Shown: in pieces, positions 18,601-29,470 of the stretch | Position numbering within the stretch: position 1 is the first letter of the stretch | How the letters are laid out: each line of letters starts with the position of its first letter | Source: an uncultured Trueperaceae bacterium | GTDB taxonomy: Bacteria; Deinococcota; Deinococci; Deinococcales; Trueperaceae | Assembly (NCBI GenBank): GCA_963815215.1 | Contig: CAWFFU010000012.1 | Location: forward strand, 90,493-154,492 | Direction of reading: 5' to 3' | Length of the DNA stretch: 64,000 bases | The notes under the pieces: generated by a model | Told to the model about the DNA's origin: nothing | Database searches by the model: none | The model's input: only the letters and a program-made list of their open reading frames with translations | Translations under genes and position numbers: made by a program

Positions 18601-19771
18601 GGAACACGCTCCTCCCGAAGAAGCGGCTCTGGTAGAGCGTGAGGATCAGGATGATGGCGAACAACACCACCGACTGCGCCGCGGCCAGGCTCCAGTTGTT
18701 GCGCTTGTAGAAGGTATCGAAGATCACGATGCTGGCCGTATCGACGGCGTCCCGCACCGCCAGCTGGCGCATGACGTAGATGTGGGTGAAGGCCTGGAAG
18801 GTGCCGATGAAGCCGAGCACGGTCAGGTAGAACGTCACCGGCGACAACAGCGGCACGGTGATGTGGCGGAAGCTCTGGATGCGGTTGGCGCCGTCGATGG
18901 CGGCGGCCTCGTAGAGATCCTGGGGGATGTTGCCCAGGCCCGCCAGGAAGATCACGGCGTTGTAGCCCGTGAAGGTCCAGATGCCGAACAGGATGATGGT
19001 CACCAGCGCCAGGCTCGGGCCCGCCCAGAAACCGGTGATGTGCTCGACGCCCAGGCGGTGCAACAGGCCGCCGAAGAGCACCTCGGTGACCGGCTTCGTC
19101 TCGAACAGCCAGCGCTGCGGCGGGATATGCAGCCACGACAGCACCGTGTTGGCGAGGAACTCGGGGCGCGGACTGAAGATGGCTCGGAAGACCGCGGCGC
19201 CGGCGACGGCGGGAGCGACATAGGGCAGGAAGTAGAACATGCGGAAGAACTCGCGCCCGCGGATGCGCTGGAACAGCAGGCTGGCGATCACCAGCGCCAG
19301 GGCGATCTGGATGGGCACCGATCCGAAGCCGTAGTAGACGGTCCGGACCAGTCCCTGCAGGAACGCGCGGTCGCCGCTGTGGGCCATCAACTGCCAGCCC
19401 AGGGCGACGCTCACGCCGCTGGCCAGCAACAACAGGGCGCCTCCCGCCTGCAGGTAGCGCCGCGCCTCGGCCCGGCCGCCGCGGAAGGCGTCGGTCCACA
19501 ACCAGTGCGCCACCAGCACGAGCAACAAGCCCCCGAAGAAGGCCGCGACCCCGCCGGCGTGCCCGAGGGTGCGGGCGTAGTTCGACAGACCCACGAACGC
19601 ACCCTGGCGTACCCGCCAGGTGTACAGGCTCATGTAGACGGCGTAGGCGATGGGGAAGAGGCCGAAGATCGCGATGATCACCACCGCCGGAAGGATGAAC
19701 ACATAGCCGGTCATCCACTCGCGCCACACCCGCTTGCGGAGGCGCTCGCGTGGACCGGTGTTGACCGTCAC
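18593..19771 (-). CDS. Carbohydrate ABC transporter permease (UgpA/MalF type)
   Basis: FLAGLGNIPQDLYEAAAIDGA EAA motif; multiple TM segments. Confidence 0.9.
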   Translation of the reverse strand: MTVNTGPRERLRKRVWREWMTGYVFILPAVVIIAIFGLFPIAYAVYMSLYTWRVRQGAFVGLSNYARTLGHAGGVAAFFGGLLLVLVAHWLWTDAFRGGRAEARRYLQAGGALLLLASGVSVALGWQLMAHSGDRAFLQGLVRTVYYGFGSVPIQIALALVIASLLFQRIRGREFFRMFYFLPYVAPAVAGAAVFRAIFSPRPEFLANTVLSWLHIPPQRWLFETKPVTEVLFGGLLHRLGVEHITGFWAGPSLALVTIILFGIWTFTGYNAVIFLAGLGNIPQDLYEAAAIDGANRIQSFRHITVPLLSPVTFYLTVLGFIGTFQAFTHIYVMRQLAVRDAVDTASIVIFDTFYKRNNWSLAAAQSVVLFAIILILTLYQSRFFGRSVFRG

Positions 19772-19868
19772 GGCCGCTTCACCACCCCAAGTATAGGTGT
19801 CCGGGCCGCCACTGACACGGGCACCCGTCCCGCCGGCAGGACACGTTGCCCGGACGGTAGAGTGCGGC

Positions 19869-20894
19869 GTGTCCGATGGGTACGAGATCGAGGTACTGGA
19901 GGGCCTTCAGTCGTTCGCGCGGTCGGAGGCGGAGGCTGCCGGTGCGACCGTCGTGGCTGAACATGCCGACGGACTCACGGTTCGCGCTCCGGATCCCGAG
20001 GCGCTGTTGGCGATGAGGCTCGCGGCCGCCGTGTACCGCCGTCTGCACTTCGAGGTGCCGCGTCCCAAGGCGCTCCTGGGCGACCGTCACTTCCGGCGCT
20101 TGCTCGCCGCAGTGAGCGACGTCGCGCGCCGCGCTCCCTTCCGGGGCTTCCGCTTCGCCGCCGCCGGGGCCGACTCGACCGTGTTCCGGCGTCTGGCGGA
20201 CGCCCTACAGGAGGCCACCGGTCTGCCGTTCGACGCGGCGGAGGGCGACCTGCTCCTGAGGGTGCGGCCGGTGCCGGAAGGGGTCGGCTGGGAGGTGCTG
20301 GTGCGGTTGACGCCGCGTCCGCTGTCGGCGCGCACCTGGCGCGTGTGCAACCGCGCCGGCGGCCTCAATGCCACGCTGGCCGCCGCCATGGTGGTCGAGG
20401 CCGGGGCGCGCCCCGGCGATCGCTTCCTGAACCTCATGTGCGGCTCGGGCACGCTGCTGGTCGAGCGCTACCTGGCGGGCCCCGCGGCCGAGCTCACGGG
20501 CCTCGACGTCGACGGTGAGGCGCTCGCCTGCGCGCGCGCCAACCTGGAAGCGGCCGGCGCCGCCGAAGGGTGCCGCCTGGTGCGTGCCGACGTGCGCGCG
20601 GCGCCGCTCGACGACGGGGCGTACGACGTGATCGTGGCGGATCTTCCCTGGGGGGACGCGGTGGGCAGCCACGCCGACAATCGCTCGCTCCACCCGGCGG
20701 TACTGGAGACGATCGAGCGGCTGGCTGCCCCCGGAGCGCGCGTGGTGCTGCTGAACCACGAGCTCAAGCTCTTCCGGCGCCTGCTGGCGGAGCCGTCGCG
20801 CTGGCGGGTGGAGGCGGAACGGAAGGTGGAGCATGGCGGCCACTTCCCCCACCTCTACCGGCTCCGGCGCGACGCACCGGGAACGGGGTCATGA
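19869..20894 (+). CDS. THUMP/UPF0020-type RNA methyltransferase (TrmN/Trm14-like)
   Basis: RPLSAR...GGLNATLAAAM, NLMCGSGT (SAM-binding motif I) and DLPWG; start chosen from an upstream -10 TAGAGT. Confidence 0.75.
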   Translation: MSDGYEIEVLEGLQSFARSEAEAAGATVVAEHADGLTVRAPDPEALLAMRLAAAVYRRLHFEVPRPKALLGDRHFRRLLAAVSDVARRAPFRGFRFAAAGADSTVFRRLADALQEATGLPFDAAEGDLLLRVRPVPEGVGWEVLVRLTPRPLSARTWRVCNRAGGLNATLAAAMVVEAGARPGDRFLNLMCGSGTLLVERYLAGPAAELTGLDVDGEALACARANLEAAGAAEGCRLVRADVRAAPLDDGAYDVIVADLPWGDAVGSHADNRSLHPAVLETIERLAAPGARVVLLNHELKLFRRLLAEPSRWRVEAERKVEHGGHFPHLYRLRRDAPGTGS

Positions 20895-21012
20895 GCCGCG
20901 CATCGCGCGCCCCTCACGCGGCGAAGTCGCCGACAGACGCGTGATAGACTCGCCCCGTGAAGAACGGTCGGCGCGCTCAGGGGCCGCACCCGCGGCCTAG
21001 GATGGAACGGTC

Positions 21013-21792
21013 GTGAGCCGCTTGTCGCGCGTCCGGCCGGGGTGGTACCTGCTCCTGGCGCTGGCGGTCTATGCCCTGGTGACGACCGTGCTACTGAGCA
21101 GTAGTCGGGCCGAGATCGGCCGGCTGCGGGCGCAGCCGGCCGCCGCCGCGGCCGCCGCGGCGCCGGCGCCCGTTGCGGCGCCCGCGAGCACCGCACGAGC
21201 CTCGGCGGGCCCGAGTGGCGGCGCGACCGCGCCGGCCGGGCTGTGGTTCCCGTTGCCGGGCGCCGGCGTGCCCAAGGACGCCAACGATCTGCCTGGAGCG
21301 CAGCGCCCCTACCGCCACGGCGTCAGCCAGGGGTTCGACTTCGTCGACGGTGACGCAGGCATCCCCATCGCCTACGGACAGCCGGTCATCGCCTCCGCCG
21401 GCGGCGAGATCGTGCGTGCCGATACCAATTACGTGGAGATGACGCAGGACGCGTGGAAGCAGCTCCTGACACAGGTAGGGAGCGGCGGGGCGGACGCCAG
21501 CCAGCTCGACAAGTTGCGGGGGCGGCAGGTGTGGGAGCGCCTCCCGGACGGCCGTGTGCTGCGCTATGGGTTCCTCTCCGGCGTCCGTGACGGCATCACC
21601 ACCGGCATCCGGGTCTACCGCGGCGAGGTGATCGGCTACGTCGGCAACTCCGGCACCGGGGACGGCATCGCCGGGACCAGCCTCCACCCCCGCCTGCACT
21701 TCGAGATCTGGCAGGGCGATCGGTTCTTCGGTGAGGGTCTGAAGCCCGATGAGGTCCGCATGCAGGCAGCTTCGCTGTTCGTGGGGCCCTAG
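21013..21792 (+). CDS. Membrane-anchored M23/LytM-domain protein, catalytically degenerate
   Basis: N-terminal TM; GQPVIASAGGEIV, GEVIGYVGNSG and LHFEI motifs; metal/catalytic His positions substituted. Confidence 0.8.
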   Translation: MSRLSRVRPGWYLLLALAVYALVTTVLLSSSRAEIGRLRAQPAAAAAAAAPAPVAAPASTARASAGPSGGATAPAGLWFPLPGAGVPKDANDLPGAQRPYRHGVSQGFDFVDGDAGIPIAYGQPVIASAGGEIVRADTNYVEMTQDAWKQLLTQVGSGGADASQLDKLRGRQVWERLPDGRVLRYGFLSGVRDGITTGIRVYRGEVIGYVGNSGTGDGIAGTSLHPRLHFEIWQGDRFFGEGLKPDEVRMQAASLFVGP

Positions 21793-21796
21793 CGTC

Positions 21797-23035
21797 GTGG
21801 CCGACGACCCTCACTCTCGCGCGCCTGAGGGCCAGCGCGTCACCGCCGTGGAAGTGGTGTGGCGTAACGTGTGGGTGCGGGCCTGCAGCTACGTGGCGCT
21901 GGCCGCCTTCATCGTCTACGCGCTGTGGCGACTGCGGGGCGGCTACGCCTTCGCGCTGCAGGTCGGGGTCGTCGGGTTCATCATCGCCTACATCCTCAAC
22001 CCCGTGGTGGAAGCGCTCGAGCGTCTCCGCATCCGGCGCCCGGTGGCCGTGGTCATCGTGTTCTTCCTGCTGCTGAACCTGGTGGTGCTGGGCTCGGTGC
22101 TCGTCAGCCAGGTGGTCACCGAGATGGGGCGCTTCGTCAGCCTGGTGCCCAAGGCCATCGACAACCTGACCTCGCTCTCGACCCACGTACAGGCGTGGCT
22201 GGCCGGCGTGATGACCAACCTGCCCGACGCCATCTCCAGTCGCCTGGGGGTACCCGCCGACCAGACCCAGCTCAGCCAGCAGATCCGTCAGGAGCTGGTG
22301 AACTTCGCGACCCAGCTCGCGCAGAGCCTCAACCGGCTGCTGCAGCACATCATCACCGGCGGTCCCAGCCTGTTGGTCTCGGGCGCCACCGCGGTCATCT
22401 CCACCACCTTCCAGGTGGTGCTCATCTTCATCGCCAGCGCCTACTTCCTGTACGACTTCCCGCGCTTCACCTCGAACTTCCACCGCTTCGTGCCGGTGCG
22501 CTGGCGGCCCCTCTACGAAGATCTCACCGAGAAGGCCGATCGCGCGGTCGGCGGCTACCTGCGCGGCCAGGTCCTCATCACGCTGACGTTGGGCATCCTC
22601 ATCTGGCTGGGGCTGACGATCATCGGCGTTCCGCTCGCCACCGCGATCAGCTTCCTAGCCGCCATCTTCAACCTGGTGCCGTACCTGGGGCCGATCATCG
22701 GAGTGCTTCCGGCGGTGCTTCTGGGATTGACGGTCAGTCCGCTGACCAGCGTGCTGGCCATCGTGGTGTTCCTGCTGGCCAATCAGCTCGAGGGGCACGT
22801 ACTGTCGCCGTTGATCCTGTCGCGGTCCACCAATCTCCACCCCGTCACCGTGCTGCTGGCCATCATGGCCGGTCTGGGGCTGTTCGGGCTGGTGGGAGCG
22901 CTGCTCGCCGTCCCCCTGGTCGCCTTGCTCAAGGTGGTGCTGGAAGAATACCTGTTGACGCGCCCGGCCTACGCTACGGTGCCGCCCCCCCTGTCCGAGG
23001 GTTCGGACGGCGCGACGCCCGATGGGGACGGATAG
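21797..23035 (+). CDS. AI-2E family transporter (PerM-like)
   Basis: AYILNPVV, GGYLRGQ, NLVPYLGP and QLEGHVLSP..LHPV motifs. Confidence 0.9.
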   Translation: MADDPHSRAPEGQRVTAVEVVWRNVWVRACSYVALAAFIVYALWRLRGGYAFALQVGVVGFIIAYILNPVVEALERLRIRRPVAVVIVFFLLLNLVVLGSVLVSQVVTEMGRFVSLVPKAIDNLTSLSTHVQAWLAGVMTNLPDAISSRLGVPADQTQLSQQIRQELVNFATQLAQSLNRLLQHIITGGPSLLVSGATAVISTTFQVVLIFIASAYFLYDFPRFTSNFHRFVPVRWRPLYEDLTEKADRAVGGYLRGQVLITLTLGILIWLGLTIIGVPLATAISFLAAIFNLVPYLGPIIGVLPAVLLGLTVSPLTSVLAIVVFLLANQLEGHVLSPLILSRSTNLHPVTVLLAIMAGLGLFGLVGALLAVPLVALLKVVLEEYLLTRPAYATVPPPLSEGSDGATPDGDG

Positions 23036-23205
23036 CCACCCGCGGGAGGGGGCGGTCACGGGCGCGACCCGGATAAGGGCCTCGTCACTGAGGGCGCCGG
23101 CGTCCTGACCATGATCGGCAACCACGTGCAGGACGCGGAGGTAGCACCGCCGCGATGTCCCGATTTTCGCGTGCGGTGGTTCCGACGCGCGATAGACTAC
23201 CTCAC

Positions 23206-26200
23206 GTGGCACGGCGAGGCAAAGGCAAACGCACTAAGAAGCGCGTCCAGCTCGACCTGGAGGCCATCGGTCTGGTGTTGCTCGCCGGCGGCATCTTCGT
23301 GCTCGGCGTGGTCCTGCCCGGGTTGCCGACCGGACAGCTGGGGCGCGGCGTCGGGAGTACGCTGACCGGCCGTTTCGGTTGGGGCGCCTATGCGCTGCCG
23401 CTGCCGCTGCTGGGTCTCGGCGGGCTGTTCCTGTTGCGTCGCAGCCCGGACTGGTGGCCGCGGCTGCTGGCCGGCTACCTGCTCTTCGTGGCGGGTGCCT
23501 GGGGCGTCGTGGTGGCGGTCGCGGCGGCGCATACCGGTCGCTACGGGATGGCGCTGCGGGCGTCGTTGACGGGGTCCTGGGGCGGTCTGGCGGTGCTGCC
23601 GGCGCTCTTCGTCGCCTCGCTCGGGTTGGATCTGATGCTCGGGCTCGTTCCCACGCACCTCACGCGCTCGCTGCTTCTCACCGTAGTGAAGGCGGTGCGG
23701 GGCACAGGCAGGGGCTTGTGGCGGGCGCGCCTGAGGGCCAAGGAGCGCGCCGCCTTCCGAGCCGACGTGGCCCTGGCGCGCAAGGCGTTGCAGGAGCTCG
23801 ACCGCGACCTGCACGCGCTGAGCAGTCTCTACCCGGGAAGTGCCGAGCTCGACCGTTGGCGCAACGAGGTCAAGGCCTCGATCCGGAACCTGTCCGGCCG
23901 TCCCGAGGCCCACCACCTCAGCGACGCCCGCGCCGACCTGAAGGCGTGGGAGAGCGCCGTGCGGGACTTCGCGCGCGACCGGGCGGCCGAGATGGTCGAG
24001 CTCCTCAAGGCAGAGGGCGCGCGGCCCCCGCAGGATACGTTCGGCGCCGGAGGCGACGGCGTCGTCGCGGTGCGCGCGACGACCTTCGACGGTTGGGCGC
24101 GCGGCCTCAAGGCTGCGCTCGACGATTCCGTTCCGGGCCGGGCGGCGTCCGCGCGCGGGCTCGACCGGATCCGCAAGACGCTGGCGCTCGACCTGACGGG
24201 CCTCACCGAGCGCTACCGGAGGGTGACGCGCGAGCGTGATCTTGACCAACGCGCCATGAAGGGCATGAGCCCGCGCCAGCTCGCCAGGGCCTCGGCCGAC
24301 CACGGCCGCCGCCTGCAGGACTACGCCCGCTTCGAGGTAGACGCCGAGCGGCTGGCGGCGGACGCCGCTCGGTTGGAGCCGTGGCGTGGTCTTCTCGGGG
24401 AGCTCGAGCAGGTACGCGAGGCCCATCCCGACTTCGAGGAGATCGGCGAGTTCGACGGCACGCTGGCCGCCGATCTCGACCGCGCGGGGGTCGAGGCGTT
24501 GGCGAAGCTGGCGGGCTGGCGCAGCGCGCTCAGCGCGGTCGCCGAGCGCGCCGAGGCGGCGGCGCGCGAAGCGCGCGACGCGGTCCCCGTCGGGGTGGCG
24601 GCGGAGGTGCTCGGCGGCGCTGCGGGACATGCCGAGCCCGCGACGGGTGGCTTCGAGGACGAGGACCTGCCGCCGTGGCTGGCTTCCGACGGTGAGGATC
24701 CCTTCCTGGTCGATGACGGCACGGACGGCGCGCACGAGGCTCCCGCCGTCCCCGACCCGGAGCTGGAGGCCGCGCTGCTCGACGACGGCGTCGATGCCGT
24801 GCGGGCGGCCTCCGCGCGCGAGGCCCCTCAGGTCGACGCCGTGCCCGAGGTGGGCGGCATCCCCATCCAGGTGCCGCCGTTGACGTTGCTGGACGAGCCG
24901 GAGTCGGCGGTGGAGGACCGCAGCGAGCTGGCGCGCGAGCGCCGTGAGCGTGTGAAGAAGATCGACGAGACGCTCAACAGCTTCAAGTTGGAGGGGCGGG
25001 TGGTGGCGGCGGTGCGCGGGCCGACGGTGACACGGTTCGAGGTGGAGCCGGCGCCGGGGGAGAAGATCGCGCGCTTCGCCAACCTGTCCGACGACCTGGC
25101 GCTGGCCATGGCGGTGGGGAGCGTGCGTATCGAGGCGCCGATCCCCGGCAAGAGCGTGATCGGTCTGGAGGTCCCCAACGCCAACCGCGAGCTGGTGAGC
25201 TTCCGGGAGGCGGCCGAGTCGGCGAGCTACCGCCGCACCAAGGCGCGGCTCCCCATCATCCTGGGGAAGTCGATCGACGGCGAGATGGTGGTGGGTGACC
25301 TGGCGAGGATGCCGCACCTGTTGATCGCCGGTTCCACCGGTTCGGGCAAATCGGTGGCGGTGAACACGCTGATCGGCAGCTTGCTCTACCGCTTCCTGCC
25401 GACCGAGCTGCGGCTACTCATGATCGACCCGAAGATGGTGGAGCTGACGCCCTTCGACGGCGTCCCGCACCTGCTGCGCAACGTCGTGACCAACCCCACC
25501 GACGCCGCGGGGGTGCTGCTCGGGGCGGTGGCGCACATGGAGCGGCGCTACAAGATGATGTCCAAGCTGGGCGCCAAGAACCTGGATCAGTACAACGAGA
25601 AGGCGCGCAACCTGGACTTGCCGGAGCTGCCGTTCATCGTCGTCGTCATCGATGAGCTTGCTGACCTGATGATCACCAGCCCCAAGGAGGTGGAGTCGGC
25701 CATCATGCGCCTGGCGCAGATGGCGCGCGCCACCGGCATGCACCTGATCCTGGCCACCCAGCGCCCCAGCGTCGACATCCTGACCAGCCTCATCAAGGTC
25801 AACGTGCCGGCGCGCATGGCGTTCGCGGTGTCGAGCAGCCACGACTCGCGCACCATCCTGGACAGCATGGGCGCGGAGCGGCTCATCGGGTTGGGCGACA
25901 TGCTGTACTACCAGCCGGGGCTGGTGAAGGCGGTGCGCTTGCAGGGGCCGTTCGTCAGCGAGCGTGAGGTGGGACGCATGAGCGACTTCCTGCGGCGCGA
26001 GTACTTCGACGACGACTTCGTGGAGGCCTACGGCGCCGACTTCGACCCGCCCAGCTCGTTCGAGTCCGACGCCAGCGGCCTGATCGACTGGAACGACGAC
26101 AAGCTGCGCGTTGCCGCCGAGCTGGTGATCAACGAGGGACAGGCCAGCGTGTCGCGGCTGCAGCGCCGCCTGCAGGTCGGGCACGCCCGGGCCGGGAAGC

Positions 26201-26307
26201 TCATGGACTCGCTCGAGGCGCTCGGGGTGGTCGGCCCGCACCAGGGCAGCAAGCCGCGCGAGGTGCTCATCGACTTCGAGGAACTGCCGAACGTGTTCGG
26301 GAAGTAG
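23206..26307 (+). CDS. ftsK: DNA translocase FtsK/SpoIIIE
   Basis: N-terminal TMs; [15 protein letters not shown]alker [22 protein letters not shown] and gamma domain [16 protein letters not shown]. Confidence 0.95.
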   Translation: MARRGKGKRTKKRVQLDLEAIGLVLLAGGIFVLGVVLPGLPTGQLGRGVGSTLTGRFGWGAYALPLPLLGLGGLFLLRRSPDWWPRLLAGYLLFVAGAWGVVVAVAAAHTGRYGMALRASLTGSWGGLAVLPALFVASLGLDLMLGLVPTHLTRSLLLTVVKAVRGTGRGLWRARLRAKERAAFRADVALARKALQELDRDLHALSSLYPGSAELDRWRNEVKASIRNLSGRPEAHHLSDARADLKAWESAVRDFARDRAAEMVELLKAEGARPPQDTFGAGGDGVVAVRATTFDGWARGLKAALDDSVPGRAASARGLDRIRKTLALDLTGLTERYRRVTRERDLDQRAMKGMSPRQLARASADHGRRLQDYARFEVDAERLAADAARLEPWRGLLGELEQVREAHPDFEEIGEFDGTLAADLDRAGVEALAKLAGWRSALSAVAERAEAAAREARDAVPVGVAAEVLGGAAGHAEPATGGFEDEDLPPWLASDGEDPFLVDDGTDGAHEAPAVPDPELEAALLDDGVDAVRAASAREAPQVDAVPEVGGIPIQVPPLTLLDEPESAVEDRSELARERRERVKKIDETLNSFKLEGRVVAAVRGPTVTRFEVEPAPGEKIARFANLSDDLALAMAVGSVRIEAPIPGKSVIGLEVPNANRELVSFREAAESASYRRTKARLPIILGKSIDGEMVVGDLARMPHLLIAGSTGSGKSVAVNTLIGSLLYRFLPTELRLLMIDPKMVELTPFDGVPHLLRNVVTNPTDAAGVLLGAVAHMERRYKMMSKLGAKNLDQYNEKARNLDLPELPFIVVVIDELADLMITSPKEVESAIMRLAQMARATGMHLILATQRPSVDILTSLIKVNVPARMAFAVSSSHDSRTILDSMGAERLIGLGDMLYYQPGLVKAVRLQGPFVSEREVGRMSDFLRREYFDDDFVEAYGADFDPPSSFESDASGLIDWNDDKLRVAAELVINEGQASVSRLQRRLQVGHARAGKLMDSLEALGVVGPHQGSKPREVLIDFEELPNVFGK

Positions 26308-26472
26308 CGATCCGGGTTCGGGGCCGATAGGCGGGCCCTCCGGCAACGAACCGACGGGGGCCAGGGAAGGGACGTCCCGGCGCGGAACGGTCCGGCCATC
26401 CCCGGCGTGTCACGGCCCGAGACCTCTCGCCGGCCGGTCCGTCCCGGCGGAGGGTGCTTCCGCTGACGGGCC

Positions 26473-27639
26473 TCAGGGGTCGCCGGTCGATGGGGCGGGG
26501 CCGTGGTCTGCGGTGGCGAGAGCCTCCCGGATGTGGGTGCCCAGCCGTTGTCCCACGGCGTCCCAGTTGTAGCGCTCACGCGCGAGCACCCGCCCCCGAG
26601 CGCCCATCGCGCGGCACGTCTCCGGCTCGCCGAGCAGCGTGATCAGCCGCTGCGCCAGCGCCGCCGCGTCCCAGGGGTCGACCAGGTAGCCGTTGACGCC
26701 GTTCTCCACCATGTCCGGCAGGGCACCGACGTTGGTGGCAACCACCGGCAAGCCATGGGTCATGGCCTCCACGAAGACGATGCCGAACGCCTCGCGCTGT
26801 GTCGGCATGCAGAAGACGGTGGCCCGGTCGTAGATCGCGGACACCTCGTCGACGGGGACCTCCCCGAGCACCTCGACGTTGGGTTCGGGCACGGGCGGAC
26901 CGGAACCAACGATCGTCAGCTGCGCGTCGGGATGGGCCAGGCGGACCTGTCGGAAGGCCTCGATCAGCATCGGTCCCCCCTTGCGCTCCCAGTCGATCCC
27001 CACGAACAGGATGCGCTTCGCCTCGTAGCGCCCTTCGACGTCTCGAGCGCTGCGCGGTGCGCCGGCGTTGCTGCCGGCGAAAACGCAGCGGATGCGTTCT
27101 GGGCGGATGCCGTAGTGCTCCACCAACGACCGCTGCACGTGCGAGCTGCGGACGAAGAGCAGGGCGGCGTTGCGGTAGATGGAGGTCTCGAGCCGGCGCC
27201 ACGCTTCGGGGTAGAGGACGTGGTCGTTCGGTCCCACGTACAGCAGGTTGGCCAGGTTCGTGTGGTCGGTATAGACGAAGTGGGGCAGGCCCGGTGTGCT
27301 GGCGTCGAAGAGCGACTGGATCTGGAAGCTGAAGCGGTACGGTCCGGAGTCGAGGCGTTGCCGGACGAGGCGGCGCGCCTGATGGAACACGAACGTGGTG
27401 TGGAAGAACGAGGCGCGAACCTGGCGGCGCCCCCGCACGATCCCGGGCCCATAGGCCAGGAGCGTCTCGAACACGTTTCGCAGGAACAGCAGGGGACGCG
27501 CCCGCAGCAGATCCCGGACGTTGATGACGTCGACCGGGTACTCGGGGAAGTGCTTCTGGAGCTGCTCGGCGACCGAGGCGTTGGAGAGCGGGAAGGGCTC
27601 GATCTGTACGAAGGCGATGCGCTCGCGCTCGGGGCTCAT
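26473..27639 (-). CDS. Glycosyltransferase family 4
   Basis: ILFVG...RKG, EAFGIVFVEAMTHGLPVVAT and ENGVNGYLV motifs. Confidence 0.9.
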   Translation of the reverse strand: MSPERERIAFVQIEPFPLSNASVAEQLQKHFPEYPVDVINVRDLLRARPLLFLRNVFETLLAYGPGIVRGRRQVRASFFHTTFVFHQARRLVRQRLDSGPYRFSFQIQSLFDASTPGLPHFVYTDHTNLANLLYVGPNDHVLYPEAWRRLETSIYRNAALLFVRSSHVQRSLVEHYGIRPERIRCVFAGSNAGAPRSARDVEGRYEAKRILFVGIDWERKGGPMLIEAFRQVRLAHPDAQLTIVGSGPPVPEPNVEVLGEVPVDEVSAIYDRATVFCMPTQREAFGIVFVEAMTHGLPVVATNVGALPDMVENGVNGYLVDPWDAAALAQRLITLLGEPETCRAMGARGRVLARERYNWDAVGQRLGTHIREALATADHGPAPSTGDP

Positions 27640-28021
27640 GCGGCCGCGGTCGACCGTGGGACACAGGGGCCCTCGGCCAGACCCGCCACCGTTGCGCACC
27701 TGTTATCCAGCCGGTCGCGACGGCGGCGCTCTCTTCGCATCACACGATTATCGCAGGATTCCGTTCTCGTAGGGTGTGTGGCTCGTGGGCCCGGTGCGAT
27801 CGCCGGCACCGCATCCCGATCCCGCGGCGCAGCGAGGGCCGAACGTCACTGGCGGGCCCGTCCGCTTGGCGCTAGCCTCGTGGTGCACGAGGAGGAGCGC
27901 CTCGAGATCGGCGTGCGTTCACCCATCGGTCTCGACTGCAGAGACGGGGCGACGGCCTCGGACCGCGGACCCTGGCCCGCACGGTCGGGACGTGGCCTCG
28001 AGCGTCAGGAGGAGCGTACAG

Positions 28022-28687
28022 ATGGAAGACACAGAGACCATGCGGCAACCCACGATGCCGAGGTTGAACGAACCGGCACCCTACTTCGAGGCGAACACGA
28101 CGCACGGCAGGCGGACGTTGGCGGACTACACGGGCAGGTGGCTGGTGCTGTTCTCGCACCCGGCCGACTTCACGCCGGTGTGCACCACCGAGTTCCTTGG
28201 TTTCGCGCGGGCATACCCGGAGTTCCAGGCGGTAGGGGCGGAGCTGCTCGGCCTGTCGATCGACAGCATCTACTCGCACCTGGCATGGGTGCGCAACATC
28301 AAGCAGAACTTCGACGTCGACATCCCCTTCCCGATCATCGACGATCTGTCGATGACGGTGGCCAACGCCTACGGGATGGTCCAGCCCGGCGCAAGCAGCA
28401 CGTCCGCGGTGCGGGCGGTCTTCGTCATCGATCCGCAGGGCGTGCTGCGGGCGATGATCTACTACCCGTTGAGCAACGGCCGCTCCATCCCTGAGGTCCT
28501 CCGGCTGGTGAAGGCGTTGCAGGCGACCGACGCCTTCGGGATCGCGACGCCGGAGGGGTGGACGCCCGGGGACAAGGTGATGGTCCCGCCCCCAACCACC
28601 CAGGACGGGGCCCAGGCGCGTCTCGAAGAGGGCTTCGAGTGTGCCGACTGGTACTTCTGCAAACGGGAGTTGCCCACGTCGAAGTGA
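28022..28687 (+). CDS. Peroxiredoxin (Prx6/TDXH type)
   Basis: FSHPADFTPVCTTEF, VRAVFVIDP, YYPLSNGR and C-terminal CADWYFC; AGGAGGAG RBS. Confidence 0.93.
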   Translation: MEDTETMRQPTMPRLNEPAPYFEANTTHGRRTLADYTGRWLVLFSHPADFTPVCTTEFLGFARAYPEFQAVGAELLGLSIDSIYSHLAWVRNIKQNFDVDIPFPIIDDLSMTVANAYGMVQPGASSTSAVRAVFVIDPQGVLRAMIYYPLSNGRSIPEVLRLVKALQATDAFGIATPEGWTPGDKVMVPPPTTQDGAQARLEEGFECADWYFCKRELPTSK

Positions 28688-28800
28688 GCGCCGGACCCCG
28701 GGAGGCGCCTACGGTCGAGCGCCTGGGGTCGAAGCCGACGGGCCTGCGGTGCTAGCGCAGGCCCGTCTTTCGCCAGCGCGCGTCGGTCTCGGACGGCGGC

Positions 28801-29469
28801 TCAAGGGAAGGGTCGGGCCGAGATCCAGCGGACCTTCCCAGCGTCGACCCGACCGGACAGCAGCGTCCAGCCGTCCGCTGTCGGGGAGGGGGGCGTGAGC
28901 CCCGCCGGAAGGGTCGCCCAGGCGCCGTCCACGGCGCGCAGCAGGGCCACCGGCGCACGCTCCTGGACCGTCGTCCGACGGATCGTCAGCGCTTCGGCGT
29001 GGGCATCCGGTGTGGCGCCCTCGAACCACGCCTCCACCCAGCCCGCGCCCAACCCCAGGGGCGCGCCCGGGCCAAGGTAGTAGCTGAAGTAGGCGGGCCG
29101 CGCCACTTCGAGCTGGCTGACGCGGAAGGTCTCGCCTTCCCAGGCGCCTTCAAGGCGCAGCCACATGCCGGGCGCGAGGTAGTTCGACCAGGCGGTCGGT
29201 ACGTCGACGCTGCCCCCGTCGATCACCAGCGTGCCTCCGGAGGCGTAGCGCAGCGCCGCTACCAGCACGTGGTGGTCCTCCGCCGCGGGACGCGGGCGCG
29301 CTTCCTGGCTCGGCGCCTGCCCTCCGCCCCCGCGATCGGAGCCGCCCGACGGTCCTCCGTTGCCGTTGCCCCCGCCCTGAGCGCTGGCAGGAGCCATCGT
29401 CGCCAGGGCCATCAGCGCCACCAGGGACCCTCGCAGCAACGCGACTGCCCAGCGGGGGGCGGGATCCAT
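28801..29469 (-). CDS. Secreted hypothetical protein (possible DUF5666/OB-fold-like), co-transcribed with the two-component system
   Basis: Signal peptide ending ASA-Q, Gly-rich linker; starts 1 nt after the kinase stop. Confidence 0.6.
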   Translation of the reverse strand: MDPAPRWAVALLRGSLVALMALATMAPASAQGGGNGNGGPSGGSDRGGGGQAPSQEARPRPAAEDHHVLVAALRYASGGTLVIDGGSVDVPTAWSNYLAPGMWLRLEGAWEGETFRVSQLEVARPAYFSYYLGPGAPLGLGAGWVEAWFEGATPDAHAEALTIRRTTVQERAPVALLRAVDGAWATLPAGLTPPSPTADGWTLLSGRVDAGKVRWISARPFP

Positions 29470-29470
29470 G

